DNA of 31,543 nucleotides from Chiloscyllium plagiosum (Eukaryota), in assembly GCF_004010195.1 (NCBI RefSeq), contig NC_057750.1, forward strand, positions 9,238,457-9,269,999, given 5' to 3'. A program made the position numbers and the translations under genes. The notes under the pieces were generated by a model, which was not told the DNA's origin, ran no database searches, and saw only the letters and a list, made by a program, of their open reading frames with translations. Of this stretch, positions 1 through 12,719 are shown piece after piece; positions within the stretch are counted from its first letter, which is position 1; each line of letters begins with the position of its first letter.

Positions 1-270
1 GATTCCAGCCTCAGGCGACTGTGTGGAGTTTGCATGTTCCCCTCTGGGTGCTCTGGTTTCCTCCCACAGTCCAAAGATGTGCAGGTTAGGGTGGATTGGC
101 AATGCTGAATTGCCCATAGTGTTCAGGGATGTGTAGATTAGGTGCATTAGTCAGGGGAAATGTAGGGCAGGGGAATAGGTCTGGGTGGGATACTCTCCGG
201 AGTGTTGGTGTGGTCTTGTTGGGCTGAATGGCCTGTAGTGATTGGGCCACATTGTAGTGAGTCTATGAGT
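1..270 (+). mobile_element. HE1-type V-SINE (5' end cut by window edge)
   Basis: V-domain tgtgtggagtttgcatgttc...ggtttcctcccacagtccaaagatgtgcaggttagg and LINE-derived tail gggctgaatggcctg. Confidence 0.85.
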
Positions 271-1000
271 GGAGGTGTAGACTATTCTCTAAATGGGGAA
301 AGGCTTTGGAAATCTGAAGCACAAGGGGACTTGGGAGTTCAAGTTAAGGATTCTCTTTCAGGTTAACGTGCGGGATCAGTTGGCAGTTAGGAAGGCAAAT
401 GCAGGGTTAGCATTTAGTTTGAGAGGGCTAGAATACAAGAGCAGAGATGTACTGCTGAGACTGTATAAGGCTCTGGTCAGACTGCATTTGGAATGGTGTG
501 AGCAATTTGGATCCCTGTCACTAAGGAAGGATGTGCTCACCTCGGAGAGAGTCCAGAGGAGGCTTATAAAAATAATCCTGGGTATGGAGCGCTTGTCATA
601 TGAGGAGCAGTTGAGGAGTCTAAGTCTGTATTTGATGGATTGTGAAAGGATGAAGGGAGAGCCCAGTGGATAAGTGGACATGGAGAAGATGCCTCCACTA
701 GTAGGAGAGACAACATCACATCCTCAGAGTGAAGGGACGATCTTTCAGAAGGGAGTCGAGGAATTTCTTAAGTCAGTGGGTGGTGAATCTGGAGAACTCA
801 TTGCCGCAGAGGGCTGTGGATGCTAAGTCACTGACTGAATTTAAGACAGAGATGGATAGGTTCTTGATGAGTAAGGGGATCAAAGTTTGCAGGGAGAAGG
901 CAGGAGGATGGGGTTTTGAAACATAAGATGCCATGATAAAATGGCGGAGCAGACTCGATGGGCCAAATAGTCTAATTCTACTCCTGTAACCTATGATCTT
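270..1000 (+). mobile_element. Decayed CR1/HER1 LINE 3' end
   Basis: RGLEYKSRDVLLRLYKALVRLHLEWCEQF..KDVLTSERVQRR..LSYEEQL, then RNFLSQWVVNLENSLP, then tail atgggccaaatagtctaattct. Confidence 0.9.
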
Positions 1001-1004
1001 ATGA

Positions 1005-1410
1005 GGTTAGGTTGAAGAAGTTGAGACTGTTCTCCTTGGAGAGAATAATGGCAAGAGAATATTTGAAAGAGGTTTCCAAAATCATAGATAGTTAGAGAGA
1101 AACCATTCCCGCTCCTAAAATGAAGAAGGACCAGAGGGCACAGATATAAAGGGATTTGCAAAAAGAGGTAATGTGAGGCAAGAAAAAGACTTGCTGTGAC
1201 AGCGAGGAGTTCAGATATGGAACGCATTTCCTGTGGAGGCAGGATCAATTGAAACATTCAAGAGGGTACTGGATGGTTTTTTGGATAGAAACAGATTGCA
1301 AGCACATGGGGGAAGAAACAGGGGATAGACAGAGGTAATGATGCGTATTCAAAGAGCCAGTGCAGACAAGATGGGCTGAATAGCCTCCTTCTGCACAGTA
1401 ACATGTCTGT
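1005..1410 (+). mobile_element. Decayed CR1 LINE 3' end
   Basis: ctgttctccttggagag..gaggtttccaaaatcat..accagagggcacagat and tail gatgggctgaatagcctccttctg. Confidence 0.75.
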
Positions 1411-1909
1411 GAATGTGAACAGACCTACTTGGTACTGTTCCAATTCCATCATGGAACCACCCTCCAACACACGTCTAACAGAGTTCCTCTCCTCCTTTCT
1501 TGGTGTGCCAGATCAGGCCAAGGTGCCTACAGTCTCAGGATGAATACTATATTTATGAAAGGTCATTCCCTCAGTTTATTTATTGTAAACTAGGCTGGAA
1601 ACTGGGATCAATTACAGCAAGCACAAGGAAAGAAATGGGAATGGAGAGGAGAAAGCTGCAATTCTCTGTATTGTAATACTGAGACCCAAAGGTGAAAGGC
1701 TCGAAACTCAATACACAGACAACTACATGATCCCAGGTTGAGGTGCAAATGTAGGGTGAGACAATTGGCCTGTGAACCCTTAGGTTATGGAGGTGGAGAG
1801 ACCAGGCATCTCTGGTTCCTTACCCCAATTTAGTGCTCCATGTTGGGATGTTTGGATGGCCAATGAGGACAGGATCGGGATTGGCCATGGTGCCTTCCTC
1901 AGTCAAATC

Positions 1910-2525
1910 CTTGGTCAGAGCATTGTGTATAGGATATGGGACATCTTGTTGCAGCTGTACAAGACATTGGTCAGGTCATTTTTAGAGTACTGCATACAGT
2001 TCTGATCACCCTACTATAGAAAGGACAGTATTAAACCATAAAGAGTGCAGAAAAGATTTATGAGATGCTACCTGGACTGGAAGGTTTGCCTTATAAGGAG
2101 AGGTTGGATAGGCTGGGACATTTTCCTTGGAGTGTAGGAGACTGAGAGGTCACCTTATGGAGGTCAATTAAATAACGAGAGGCATAAATAAGGTCAATAG
2201 CCAACAGCTTTTTCCCATGGTAGGGGAGTCTAAAACTAGAGTGCAGAGGTTTAAGATGAGAGTGGAGTGATACAAAAGAGTCCAGAGGGGCAATTCTTTC
2301 ACACAGAGCATGGCATATGTCTGGAACAGGCTGCCAGACCTAGTGGTGGAGGAGAGTACAATTTCGTTATTGAAGAAATATTTGGACAGGTAAATGGACA
2401 AGATAGGTATGGAGAGTTATGGACCAAATGCAGTCGAATGGGACAAGACTAATAGTGAAAGCTGGGCAACATGGCCACGCTGGGCTGAAGGGCCTGTTTC
2501 CAAGCTGTAAATCTTTATGGCTCTA
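1910..2525 (+). mobile_element. Decayed CR1 LINE 3' end
   Basis: WDILLQLYKTLVRSFLEYCIQF and tail gggctgaagggcctgtttcc. Confidence 0.9.
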
Positions 2526-2969
2526 AATAAGCAGCACACTTCCTGTCTGGATTGAGCTGAGTTTAGGTGAGAGCCTGGAGGAGTTAGAGTGATGAGGGAG
2601 AATACAAATTGAAAGAATGAATGTCGTAAGGCTTAAAAAACAATTTCTGATGATACCTCAATGGGCAGTCAAACTGCTTCCAGCCTGGATACTTGATGCA
2701 TCCTTCCTCGATACTGTGCTGGAGGGGGTAAGTGAAAACTGCAGGGTAACTGGCACAGGTCAATGCTCAGTTCAGGGGAAAGACAACGGGGACAGTGACT
2801 GACAGGCTTGGAAATTCTGCTGTAGATGTGCATTCAGTCACAGCATTGTTGACATCAGGCTGTCCAATGGTGAGTCCCTGAGATTAATGCTCAGTTGGAA
2901 CAAAGCCTCTAATTCTGCAACATGGTTACACTGTTCTTCCATCTTTGTAGGAAAAGGGAATATGACAAG

Positions 2970-3575
2970 AATCCACTACAGCATAGAAACAGGTCATTTG
3001 GCCAAACTCTTCTACGCTAGTGTCTATGCTCCAAATGAGTCCCTCCTCCCAAACTTTCACTATCTAACCATGTCAATATACTCTGTCCCTCTCGTGTGTT
3101 AAGTTCATTTCCTTTAAAATGCAGGCATACTCTTTACTACAGCTGCTGCCTGTGGGAGTCAGACCCACATTCTCACCAACAAGATAGGGCTGATGGTCAG
3201 AATATTTGTCCCAGAGTTGAATTGTCTAACAATAGGGGGGGAAATGCATTTGAGGCTAGGGGAGGGAGGGGGTTCATAGGAGTCGTGAGGGGGAGGTTTT
3301 CTCCACAGAGCGTTTGGAACGTGCTGCCAATATCATAGGAGCATTTAAGGGGGTTTTAGATAAGCACATGAGTCTGCAAGGAATGGAGGGATATGGACCG
3401 AGGGCAGGCAGAAGGGATTAGTTTAATTTCATATTCGGCACAACATGGTGGGCTGAAGGCCCGTTTCTGTGTTGTACAGTTCTATATTCTAAGATAATCC
3501 TCCTGAATGCCAACTGGATTTGTTGGCAATTATCTATTTGTTTGACCCTAGTTTTGTCCTTCCCACATGTGGAAC
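2970..3575. mobile_element. Minus-strand CR1 remnant interrupted by a plus-strand CR1 3' end (~3185-3492)
   Basis: The inner copy ends gggctgaaggcccgtttctgtgttgtacagttctatattcta. AAGATA occurs on both sides of it. Confidence 0.65.
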
Positions 3576-4049
3576 TAGAAGGGGATTGTCTTATGAGGAA
3601 AGGTTGGGCCTATTCTGTGGTTCAGAAGATTGAGAGATGGTCTTGTTAAAATATTCTTATTTAAGTTTGGATTTGACAGGATGAGAGAATGCTTCCCCTA
3701 TTGGGGGAATCTAGATCTAAAGGGAAACGATTCAGATAGATGACACATAGATAAGGAGGATTTTTGTCTCTCAAAGGGATATTATTGAATTCTTTTTCTG
3801 AGTGGCATACTCCTGTTCGTATTTCTTATCGTAATCGCATTCTTGGGATAGTCATCAAATGAAATCTCTGGTGCCCCTCCAATCAAATTTTTTCCCTCAA
3901 ATATGGAATTATCTAACAGCCATGGTATGTTTTTACTTCACCACTGACAGTATCAGCTGATTGCCCTGTTAACTTGCAGGCTACATTTCTGGTTCAGCAC
4001 CGAGGACAGCTCCACGGGGAGGACGGAGACAAGAGGGTTTTGAAGCGAA

Positions 4050-4275
4050 AATGGAAAAGAATTGCGGATGCTGTAAATCAGAAACAAAACCAGAAATTGC
4101 TGGAAAAGCTCAGCAAGTCTGGCAGCATCTGTGGAGAGAAATCACAGTTAGCATTTCGGGTCGAGTGACCCCTTCCTCAGAACCGGTTCTGATTGATCCG
4201 AAACGTCAACTCTAAGATTTCCCTACACAGATGTTGCCAGGCCTGCGTTTTTCCAGCAATTTCTGATTTTATTTC
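4050..4275 (-). mobile_element. Palindromic Penelope-derived element with degenerate hammerhead
   Basis: Arms cagaaattgctggaaaagctcagcaagtctggcagcatctgtg and cacagatgttgccaggcctgcgtttttccagcaatttctg. The minus strand at 4183-4147 reads gttCTGAGGAaggggtcactcgacccGAAAtgctaac. Confidence 0.75.
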
Positions 4276-4957
4276 CGTGTTTTCAATTGGGTTTATTTGC
4301 CACCAAAGCACCCCAGGGGATCACCTACAGCTCATGCAGTCACCAGGCCTGCAATCTCACCATTAGAGGCACCTGGATTACATTTTGTGTCAAAGAATTG
4401 GAACAATTAAAATGATTTATAGTTTTAAACCAATTTACTGTCATTAAATCTTGGGACTGTGATAGTCGCATGGCCCAATTTACCTGCTGTGCTTCCCATC
4501 CCACTTTGCTTCCCTCTGGCTCACTGCCCTGTTTCACTATTCCCCAAGTGGGGCATCACCAAAGCACCAAGTGAGACAGACGTGAGGAAAGCAAATGTAA
4601 GTGAGGTGTAAGTGCGGTGGTAGGAGATACACCAGTTTGAAGCCAGTAGTTACAGGGAGAGCTGTTGCTTAAATATTTGGTGGAGTGGGGTGGTTAGTTA
4701 GAACAAGGGAAAGCAGGAGAGACGGAAAAGATAGGAAATTATCCAGGTGTAAAGATAATGCTCGTCGGAAGCAGGGCGCAGCTTTTTGTTTTGGTGTCGC
4801 GAATTAGCTTGTCGCTCCAACAATTGTCAATTTTCAACACAAGGGAAAGCTCAAAAACAGGAAGGAATTCAGCTCCTGGTGAAGGGATTTCCCAAGTCTT
4901 GGTGTGATGGATCGACTGGGAGAGGCACATAGGAAACTTGGGCTGGGAGTAGAGTTG

Positions 4958-5155
4958 GAAAAGCGCAGCAGGTCAGGCAACATCCAAGGAGCGGGAGAAT
5001 CGACGTTTCGGGCATGAGCCCTTCCTCATTCTTGAAGAAGGGCTCATGCCCGAAACGTCGATTCTCCTGCTCCTTGGATGCTGCCTGACGTGCTGCGCTT
5101 TTCCAGCAACACATTTTCAGCTCTGACCTCCAGCACCTGCAGTCCTCACTTTCTC
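4958..5155 (+). mobile_element. Palindromic non-autonomous Penelope-like insertion with hammerhead-like motif and 15-bp TSD
   Basis: Inverted arms at ~4957-5024 and ~5037-5104. The motif TTGAAGA-A-GGGC-TCAT-GCCC-GAAA-CG-TC is at 5032-5059. CTGGGAGTAGAGTTG occurs at 4943-4957 and 5156-5170. Confidence 0.85.
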
Positions 5156-6827
5156 CTGGGAGTAGAGTTGCCTATTAGGGAGGCTGCCTGGTTACACTTA
5201 AAGGACAGGAATGTTTGGACAGGCTTCATTATACTGAACCCTTCTCTCTGTTGTCTCCTCAGGTAACAATGCCATACATAGATTCAGAACGAGGGCCACA
5301 ATCAAATCCCACCCAGAACCAAATTCAAACTCGAGGAGCTGATGATGCTCGGAGTTTGTATACGTGCCTGGGAGGGAGCTCATCTCAGTCAGAAGCTGAC
5401 AATCATCCTTAGCAACACTGGGCTGACAACCAACAAGTCAACTGTACCCAAACAAAGTAACTACTGGTCCAGAGGTGGTAATTGTCCAACCTCAGAATCA
5501 GCCAGATTAGGTTTAGGCCTCAAACTGGGCTCTTGAATACTCGATTAACAATTGATGGTGGGGGGAGGGCTGCATGCGATGGTGAGAGCGAATAGCCCAC
5601 CTTATCAGAAGATACGGTGTGCTCTTCAGCCTGGATTGCAGCCCATCCAGAAGACGCCATGAGCAAGGCAAAGGATAAAGAGCCTCAGCTACATGTCTCT
5701 AGTGGACAGTCAAAGACTGTCGTGTATGAGCTTTGAAACAGACACACTGGCATTTCCTTGACCTTCTTTTTAAAAAAGCTATTTAAAATTCCCAGTGAAG
5801 AGCCACTGGTTAGGTCAAAGAATGATCTGTTAATGAGATTAATACACCAGTGGGTCTTTGTCAATTCATTACATACCTATAAATAACCTTAAAGTAAAAT
5901 TTAGGCCATCCAGGGAGAAGTCAGGAAGGACCTTGTCGCCCAAGGGATGGTGGAAATCTGGGTTCTCACCCCCAAAAAGCGACTGAAGCTGAGGAAGGTC
6001 TGGTGGAAAATGTCAAAACAGAGTACGATAGTTTTTTTATGCACCAAGAGATTAAGAGAATATAAGGGGCAGATCAATTAAGAGCTCATTGAATGGTTTA
6101 CCAGACTCAGGGGCTGAATGGTCTCTTCCTGTTCCTACAAGAGCCTAAGTTACTTCTGCCAACTCAGAGATTTGCGTGGGGGATGGGGTTTGTGTTTACC
6201 AGATGGCACATTGGAATCCCATCTGATCACTGAATGGCACTGCCATCTTAGGAGTGGGGGTGGAGGTGGAGAAGCAGAAACGCGTAGGTGACTCCAGCCC
6301 TCAAATCTTCTCCTGACTGAAGGATGTGGAGGTTGCAGTTGGACAAGAACACACAGTGCAGCCCAGTGTTATTAGGAAACAGAATAATGACAATGTAGCC
6401 ATTGATTGGGATTATGGGAACTCTTGGCCAAATTCCCAACTTTGGGAATTGGTGGGACAGAGCAGGTGATCCTTCCAAGTTCAGTGAATGAACCGTACTC
6501 TCGCCCCTCCTTGTTCAGCAGATCTAGCGACTGCATCAAACTAACCAGGGCTTTGGGAAGCAAGGGTCAGCAACCTTACCACCCCAAGGTTGGCAAATGG
6601 TAAATGGGAACCAATTTATGCCAAACCACATCTATGCTAGAAGGACATCAACCTTGCAGGCTTTGACCAACCAGTTACTGCTGCAATGAGGGAATGTCGT
6701 GCACCCCAGTGCAGTCGCACATAACCGAATCAGTCAGCCCAGGGATTAGCCCTCGGTAATGAAGCACTGAGCATGCTCAGAAAAAAGGCCATGTTTACCT
6801 GATCCAGGGGGGGGTGAGGAGTGCAGC

Positions 6828-7160
6828 ACATTTATTTTATTCTCTTAGGGGATCTGGGCTTTGCTGGCAAGGTTAGCACTTATTCCCTATCCTTAGATGC
6901 TCAAAGGGCAGTGAAAGGCCAACCACATTGCTGTGGGTCTGAAGTCACAAGAACGCCACACTGCAAGGATGGCAAATTTCCTTCCCTAAAAGACATTTAT
7001 GAACTAGATGGGCTTCTTTTAAAATAACAATCTTGTCACCAGTAGACTTCTTTTTTCATTTTTATTGAAATCTAAGTCTACCCTCTGCCATGGTGGAACC
7101 ATCTCCTCAGTGTATTAGCCTGGCCTTTCCAGATTACTAGCCCAGTGACAATAACATGAC
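6828..7160 (-). mobile_element. tRNA-type shark SINE with LINE-derived tail (same family as 30605)
   Basis: aaccacattgctgtgggtctgaagtcaca..ggcaaatttccttccctaaa..ccagattactagcccagtgaca. Confidence 0.78.
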
Positions 7161-7867
7161 ATCACTGCTTGCCCACAAAAGGACTGAGAGAATATATATG
7201 ATTGGGAGTGTGTGGTGGAGGAATATGTATTTGCTGGACTCTAGGCCGGTGAGGAAAGTTCAGTGAGCGAGGCCTCTCTGACCCACCAGAGAAATGACCT
7301 GCAGATAGCAGCACTGACATTAACTTTTGTCAAACAGACTTGGACAATTAACTGACATCACATTACCACAGGGTAGACTTTCTCTTTATAAAACAGACAG
7401 TGCCACACACCTTCCTATTGCTTAGATAGCCATATAATATATTAAAAGTCTCACATTCTGTGTGCACTTCCAAGGAATGTTGCACTAGTTTGCAGCAACA
7501 CTTAGTTGGTAACGCCCCTGTCGCTGTCAGACAGCGCATGTGCCCGCTCGCTGCAAACAATACCACGAGAGATCTGCTGGCTATGTAAATAATTGTTCAC
7601 TGTCCTTAGCCTGTTCCTCTCTCCATCAGTCACCAAGGCAAGGCTTAATCACCAGTGGGCCCTTCTTTTCAATGGTGTCAAGGTTAAAAGAGGTGCTAAG
7701 TTCGCCCACCATAATGGAAGAGAGACTCCTGCCCGGAGCCATTCTGCTGTGCCTCTGGATGGGGATGATATCGATGGGTGGGGTGAGAAGGGTAGCAGTT
7801 GGTCAGCCATTTCCTTCGCCATGTTGACCCTGGCTTTCCTTTCATACCTCACCCAAGATGCCACCCT

Positions 7868-8032
7868 GCAGAGATATGTCCAGAGATGTGCAGGCTAGGT
7901 GGATCAGCCATGGGAAGTAGATGGTTACAAGGATAAGGTAGTGGGGTGAGTCTAGTGGGATGCTCTGCAGAGGGTTGGTTTGGACTCAATGGGCCAAATG
8001 GCCTGCTTCTACACTATAGGGATTCTATGATT
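7868..8032 (+). mobile_element. HE1 SINE, 3' half
   Basis: gtccagagatgtgcaggctaggtggatcagccatggg...gggccaaatggcctgcttctacactatagggattctatga. Confidence 0.8.
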
Positions 8033-9166
8033 GGTAGTAGTAGATTTGCCCTCAAAGCCCCCAAGTGGACACCCTTACCTCTCTCACTGACCAACACATG
8101 CACTGGGTGGCACACAGATGGGGAGTGGCCAATTTACCCCTTGCCCTAGTCCTAGGATGCTTGATTGCAGCCTCTTCTCCTATTAGACCCAGGCTGGGAT
8201 CACTTCACTGGTGAGGAACATCAAGGCTCAGAGGCTTATTGCATTGTGGGATGGTAGGATTTCTTCTTTCTAGGCTAACCCAAATCCTATCTCAGCACCC
8301 GCTGGCCTCATTTGGGAATTCTATTAGAAGACATGGTCATTTAGCTCTGTGCCTCCCATACTTATGTTTCCAAGCCTATAGTCAACACTGGTAATTATTT
8401 GGCACTGACAAACCCCAGACACATTAGCCACTGGAAGTGACATCACTTACCAGCTTAGCCAGAGTGGCACACTTGGGCAAAGGCTCTGTCAACATGGTTC
8501 TTTTGGCTAGGCCCAGTCACTCAATACTGTCTGGAGGCCCAAAGACATCTGACACACACACACAAACTAAGGAAGCACAAACAAAAACACTCCCTTTCTC
8601 GGAGATGGCAAGTATCAGAAAACCACGCATGCTATTTGCGGGTTTAGTGTTTGCCAAAGCAATTCTCAAAAGTTTTTTGCAACCAAAAGCCCTCAGTTTT
8701 ACATGCAATCGTGTAACTTTTTTCACATTAAATCTTTTAAAAGAAGAGGAAAATTCAAAGAGGCTGTGGTCACCAGATGGGGGTACAAGGCTAAGATCAG
8801 GGCCCTGTACAGCTAAGGCCTAAATTCAGGCTCATCCTCTACACTGAAGCTCACCTCAGAGACCAATCTCAATGAATCTGCCCCATGCACATAAATGATC
8901 TTCTTTGACCCAATACTTGACAAGACCTTGCCTCATGCCAACCAACACAGACTTAGACAAAGCTGGTTTTCTCTCGCCAACAAAGTGTTGGTCTGGTATG
9001 GGCCTCAGGCCTGATACAGCCAGATAATATTCAAATCACACCGGAGAATTAAGACCCACGGGAATTGTGGGGTCAACTGACCCAGGGAGCCGCTAGACTC
9101 TCAGGTAAAGGGAAAGTTGCTGTCTGTGACGCAATGGAAATTTGAGAGAAAATCCAGACAGTTAAA

Positions 9167-9395
9167 AGTAGGGTTCTCAACCTTCCAGGATAGGCCTGAC
9201 ATTTCTGACTGTGAAAGGTCATCTCCAAAGAAAAGAAAACTCGCAAGGTGAGAGGGCGATAATCCCATCATGTGTTTATGACAACTCTCTTTAAAAACTT
9301 TGTTTACATCTTACGTGGTCAACCTAACTTATTCTTCTGTTGGAGGTCAGGGTAGGTCAAACCTTCAAAATATGTCCAACCAGAGTCGGCAACCT
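9167..9395. mobile_element. Possible MITE/DNA-transposon relic (AGGGTTGCCAAC-like termini)
   Basis: Left end agggttctcaaccttccaggataggcctg, right end agtcggcaacct. Similar starts occur at ~14295 and ~18715. Confidence 0.4.
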
Positions 9396-10889
9396 CAATG
9401 GAAAGGGTCCAAGAGGCACAATGACAGGCCCGTGACCCTTATCCATCAGAACTCGGAGCATCCAGAACCTGGCGTGTCTGAAACGTTCTAGAGAGAGTGA
9501 GTCTTTGGCACTTGTTTTTGTTGGTCTTTATCTTGCATCTCACCTCTCTCAAGCAATGCTGCCTCTGCCATATCCCTTCAGGAAATGTTTACAGACTTCC
9601 ATTACCCAAATGGAGCAATGGAAATTCCCGGTTCTTCCTGGAAAAGCCACACACAAACTTGTAAATTAACTCTGGGAGTTGGCACAATACCTGCACTCCA
9701 AGGCAAACTTGGTTACAATGGTAACAAAAGGCCGTGGAATAAGCCCTTTTCACCTTGGTAACACTGAACAATTATCCCACTTTTAAAGCAGGGAGGTGAC
9801 CCACATCTTCCAGCTCTCACTCACCTCAGCCCCTGCCCTGAATATCCAAATCTCCCTCACACTGCTCAAGGGCTCAATGCCCGCGGTGTGCCTTCTCAGC
9901 ATGGACAAGAGTCAACGCCGAGGGGTTCTCCCTCAGAAGAGTTCTTCAGTCCGGAGGGGAGTCACGGATAGAGGGATGAGGCGGTATTGTCACTGAAGGA
10001 GTTAAACATGACGCATGACTGGACCAGCACAGAAAGAAAGTGTTGAACAAGAGGGTTGAGATCTCCCTTCACATCACAGCTTGCATCTTCCTGACTGAGG
10101 GTAGTTTCACAGGATGGCCCCTGACACTGGGGCAGAGGAAAGGACAGGGTCTTGCGAGCCAAGGCAATTTGGCACACATTTGCAAATTTGGCACAATTTC
10201 AAAACCGAGCTCAATAGATTTTGGCCAGGCAGGACCGGGGCATCAAAGAGTTGCGTCGCAGATTAGCTGTGATCTAATTGAATGATCGAAGGGGCTCAAT
10301 GGCCTACTCCTGGTCTAATAGCAGGTGTCATAGGATTCCTTTATACAGTGACTGGAAGACTCTCAGAGCGGAGCCCTTTGATCTTAGGGATTCCTCAAGA
10401 TCACAAAGGCACCAGGTTTCAAAGCCCTTGTGCTCAATGCTTCTCTTTAGGTTTAATACTGCAGCTCTTTGTTTCAGCTTGTTCAACAAAGATGGAGGAT
10501 GAGAGAGAGTACTGGACTAGGTGGGCGGAGGGTGGAGAGGGGTTATCAGAGGCAAAAGGTTCAACCTCAATGGAACGCCTCAGCCGCAGACCTGATGGGG
10601 TTGCGGCACTAGCGGCGCCTGTCCGAAAGGGGCAGAAAGTTATGCACACAATGCGACTGGATAGCAGGGTCCAGAATGCCCCCAATATACTGTTAACATG
10701 GGAATGCCAATTGGCAGCCTCAATGTTGACCTGGAAGCATCCAAATCACCAAAGGGAGAGTGCGGGGGAGCTCAGACTGAGGAGGAGGTAGGGGAGGACA
10801 GGGTCTAGATAGAGGATGAAGTCAAAACAAGGTATCTTCTTGCCTCCTTCTGGATCCCCACCTGTGGAAGCAACAATTCCCAGTTACAT

Positions 10890-11185
10890 CTAAGTTCACA
10901 GTCTAAGAATAAAGAGATAAGGGATAAGCAATTCAGGACTGAGGTGAGGAAGAAATCTTCCACTCAGGGTTGTAAACCTGTGGAATTCTCTCCTACAGGA
11001 AGCTGTTGGGGCCAGTTTGTTTAGGAATATACACTGGATGTGGCCCTTGCCGCTGAAGGGATTAAGAGACATGGAGAGAAAGCACAATTGGGACATTGAG
11101 ATTGCATGATCAGCTACGATCATATTGAATGGTGGTGCAGGCTCGAAGGACTGAATGGCCTACTCCTGCAACTATTTTCTATGTC
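10890..11185 (+). mobile_element. CR1 LINE 3' end
   Basis: aggagaaatcttc-like segment, gtaaacctgtggaattctct, tail aggctcgaaggactgaatggcctactcctgc. Confidence 0.8.
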
Positions 11186-11719
11186 TCTCTCTCTCACTCA
11201 CTGCTGCACCCCTCTTGAGGCTGCAGCACTTCATCAAGTCCCAAGCCTTTGCTCCACCTTCCCAACAGGCTTTCATATGATATGCAGACAAAAAAATAGA
11301 GAAATACACTCAAGATGTTCTGCTTTGAAGACCTATAATTAACTACCCTGCCAGGATAATGTCAGTCTCGGGACAAGATATAGGTCACAGCTTGTGGCAA
11401 AATAGAGCAACGTTGAAGGTACTGGGGTACTAGTGAATGAGATGGAGGGGATCACATAAGACTGAACCAGGTAACAGGGAGAAAGGTAAAGGCAGGCCAG
11501 TCACAAACACCAATTCCCCCGGATACCCGCACCCCCACCCAACAGACACCTGCAAGTCAGTCCCAGGAGACCAACTCAAATGGTGAATTGATATTATGTG
11601 GGAAGAAATCAAGGAATGCGAGATAGGAAAGAGTCTTCCCCTTGAAGCTGGCAAGGGAATTGTGCATTGAGGAAGATCAGCCGGTAAATGCCATACGTTA
11701 ATCTGGAGACCTCAGGGAG

Positions 11720-12055
11720 GAGAACACAAGAAAAGGAGACCATCAAAGTCTACTCTGCCATTCAATACAGGTAACAGCCAAATGGGGGCTTGAATCCACT
11801 TTCTCATCCACTCCCCATTCCCTTGATTCCCAAACATCTTTTCACCCCAGCCCTGAACATATTTAATGACAGAGCTTCCCCAACCATCCAGGGTAGAGAA
11901 TTCCAAAGGTCCACAAGACTGATTGAAGAGTTTCCTCCTCAGCTCAGTCCTAAACAGTCAGCCCCTATCCCGAGACTGTACTCCCATGTTCCAGATTCCC
12001 CAACACTCACAAAACACACTCTTCAATGTCTATCCTGTCAAACCCCTGCAGAATC
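11720..12055 (-). mobile_element. CR1 LINE 3' end
   Basis: gggtagagaattccaaagg..tttcctcctcagctcagtcctaaa..tctatcctgtcaaacccc. Confidence 0.75.
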
Positions 12056-12104
12056 CAGGACCATACCTGACTGTCAGCTAATGGACTCTCAGGCTTGGGT
12101 AACT

Positions 12105-12287
12105 ATGTCAGATTTCACACAACACCAAGTTATAGTCCAAAAGGTTTATTTGAATTCACTCCACCTGATGAAGGAGCAGCGCTCCGAAAGCTTGTGATTT
12201 CAAACTAAACCTGTCAGACTATAACCTGGTGTTTGTGTGACCCCTGACCTTGTCCACTCCAGTCCAACACTGGCACCTCCACAACTT
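12105..12287 (+). mobile_element. Palindromic Penelope-derived element with intact-looking minimal hammerhead core
   Basis: cacCTGATGAaGGAGCagcGCTCCGAAAgcTTgtg at 12162-12196, flanked by inverted arms tcacacaacaccaagttatagtc and gactataacctggtgtttgtgtga. Confidence 0.8.
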
Positions 12288-12719
12288 GGCTTAGTACAGC
12301 TTCCTCTGTCAGCTTATGGACTCACAGACTCTAGTTCTTTCCCATGACGTGTCAGTGTACCAGGTACAAATCTATATCCTGTCTGTAGATTGATTTAATG
12401 GTCAGGGGGATGACGCCTCCTTGTGTGGTGAGAATCAGATGTGATCTGGGTGCTCCCCACAGTTCAAGAATGTCTCTACACCCCATAGAGTGTGTCAATA
12501 GAAAAATACAGGCATAGTCACACAAGGGGGATTCAGTCAAACAACTGGGATACATTTTTCTTGCTTTGGTGGCTGTTGGAATGATTAAAGTATAGATTAC
12601 ATCAAACTGTTCACATAGCATGTGGTTTGAGTAAGGCAACAGAGTAATATGACAGTCATACATGAAGGGTCAGCGTTATAACAGAAAGTGTTATAACTGA
12701 GAGTCTTAAACAGAGGTGT

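Noticed and set aside
8437..10791. ORFs at 8437-8823 and 10282-10791 as host genes
   Set aside because: No recognisable domain or coherent splice structure; the second starts within a LINE tail.
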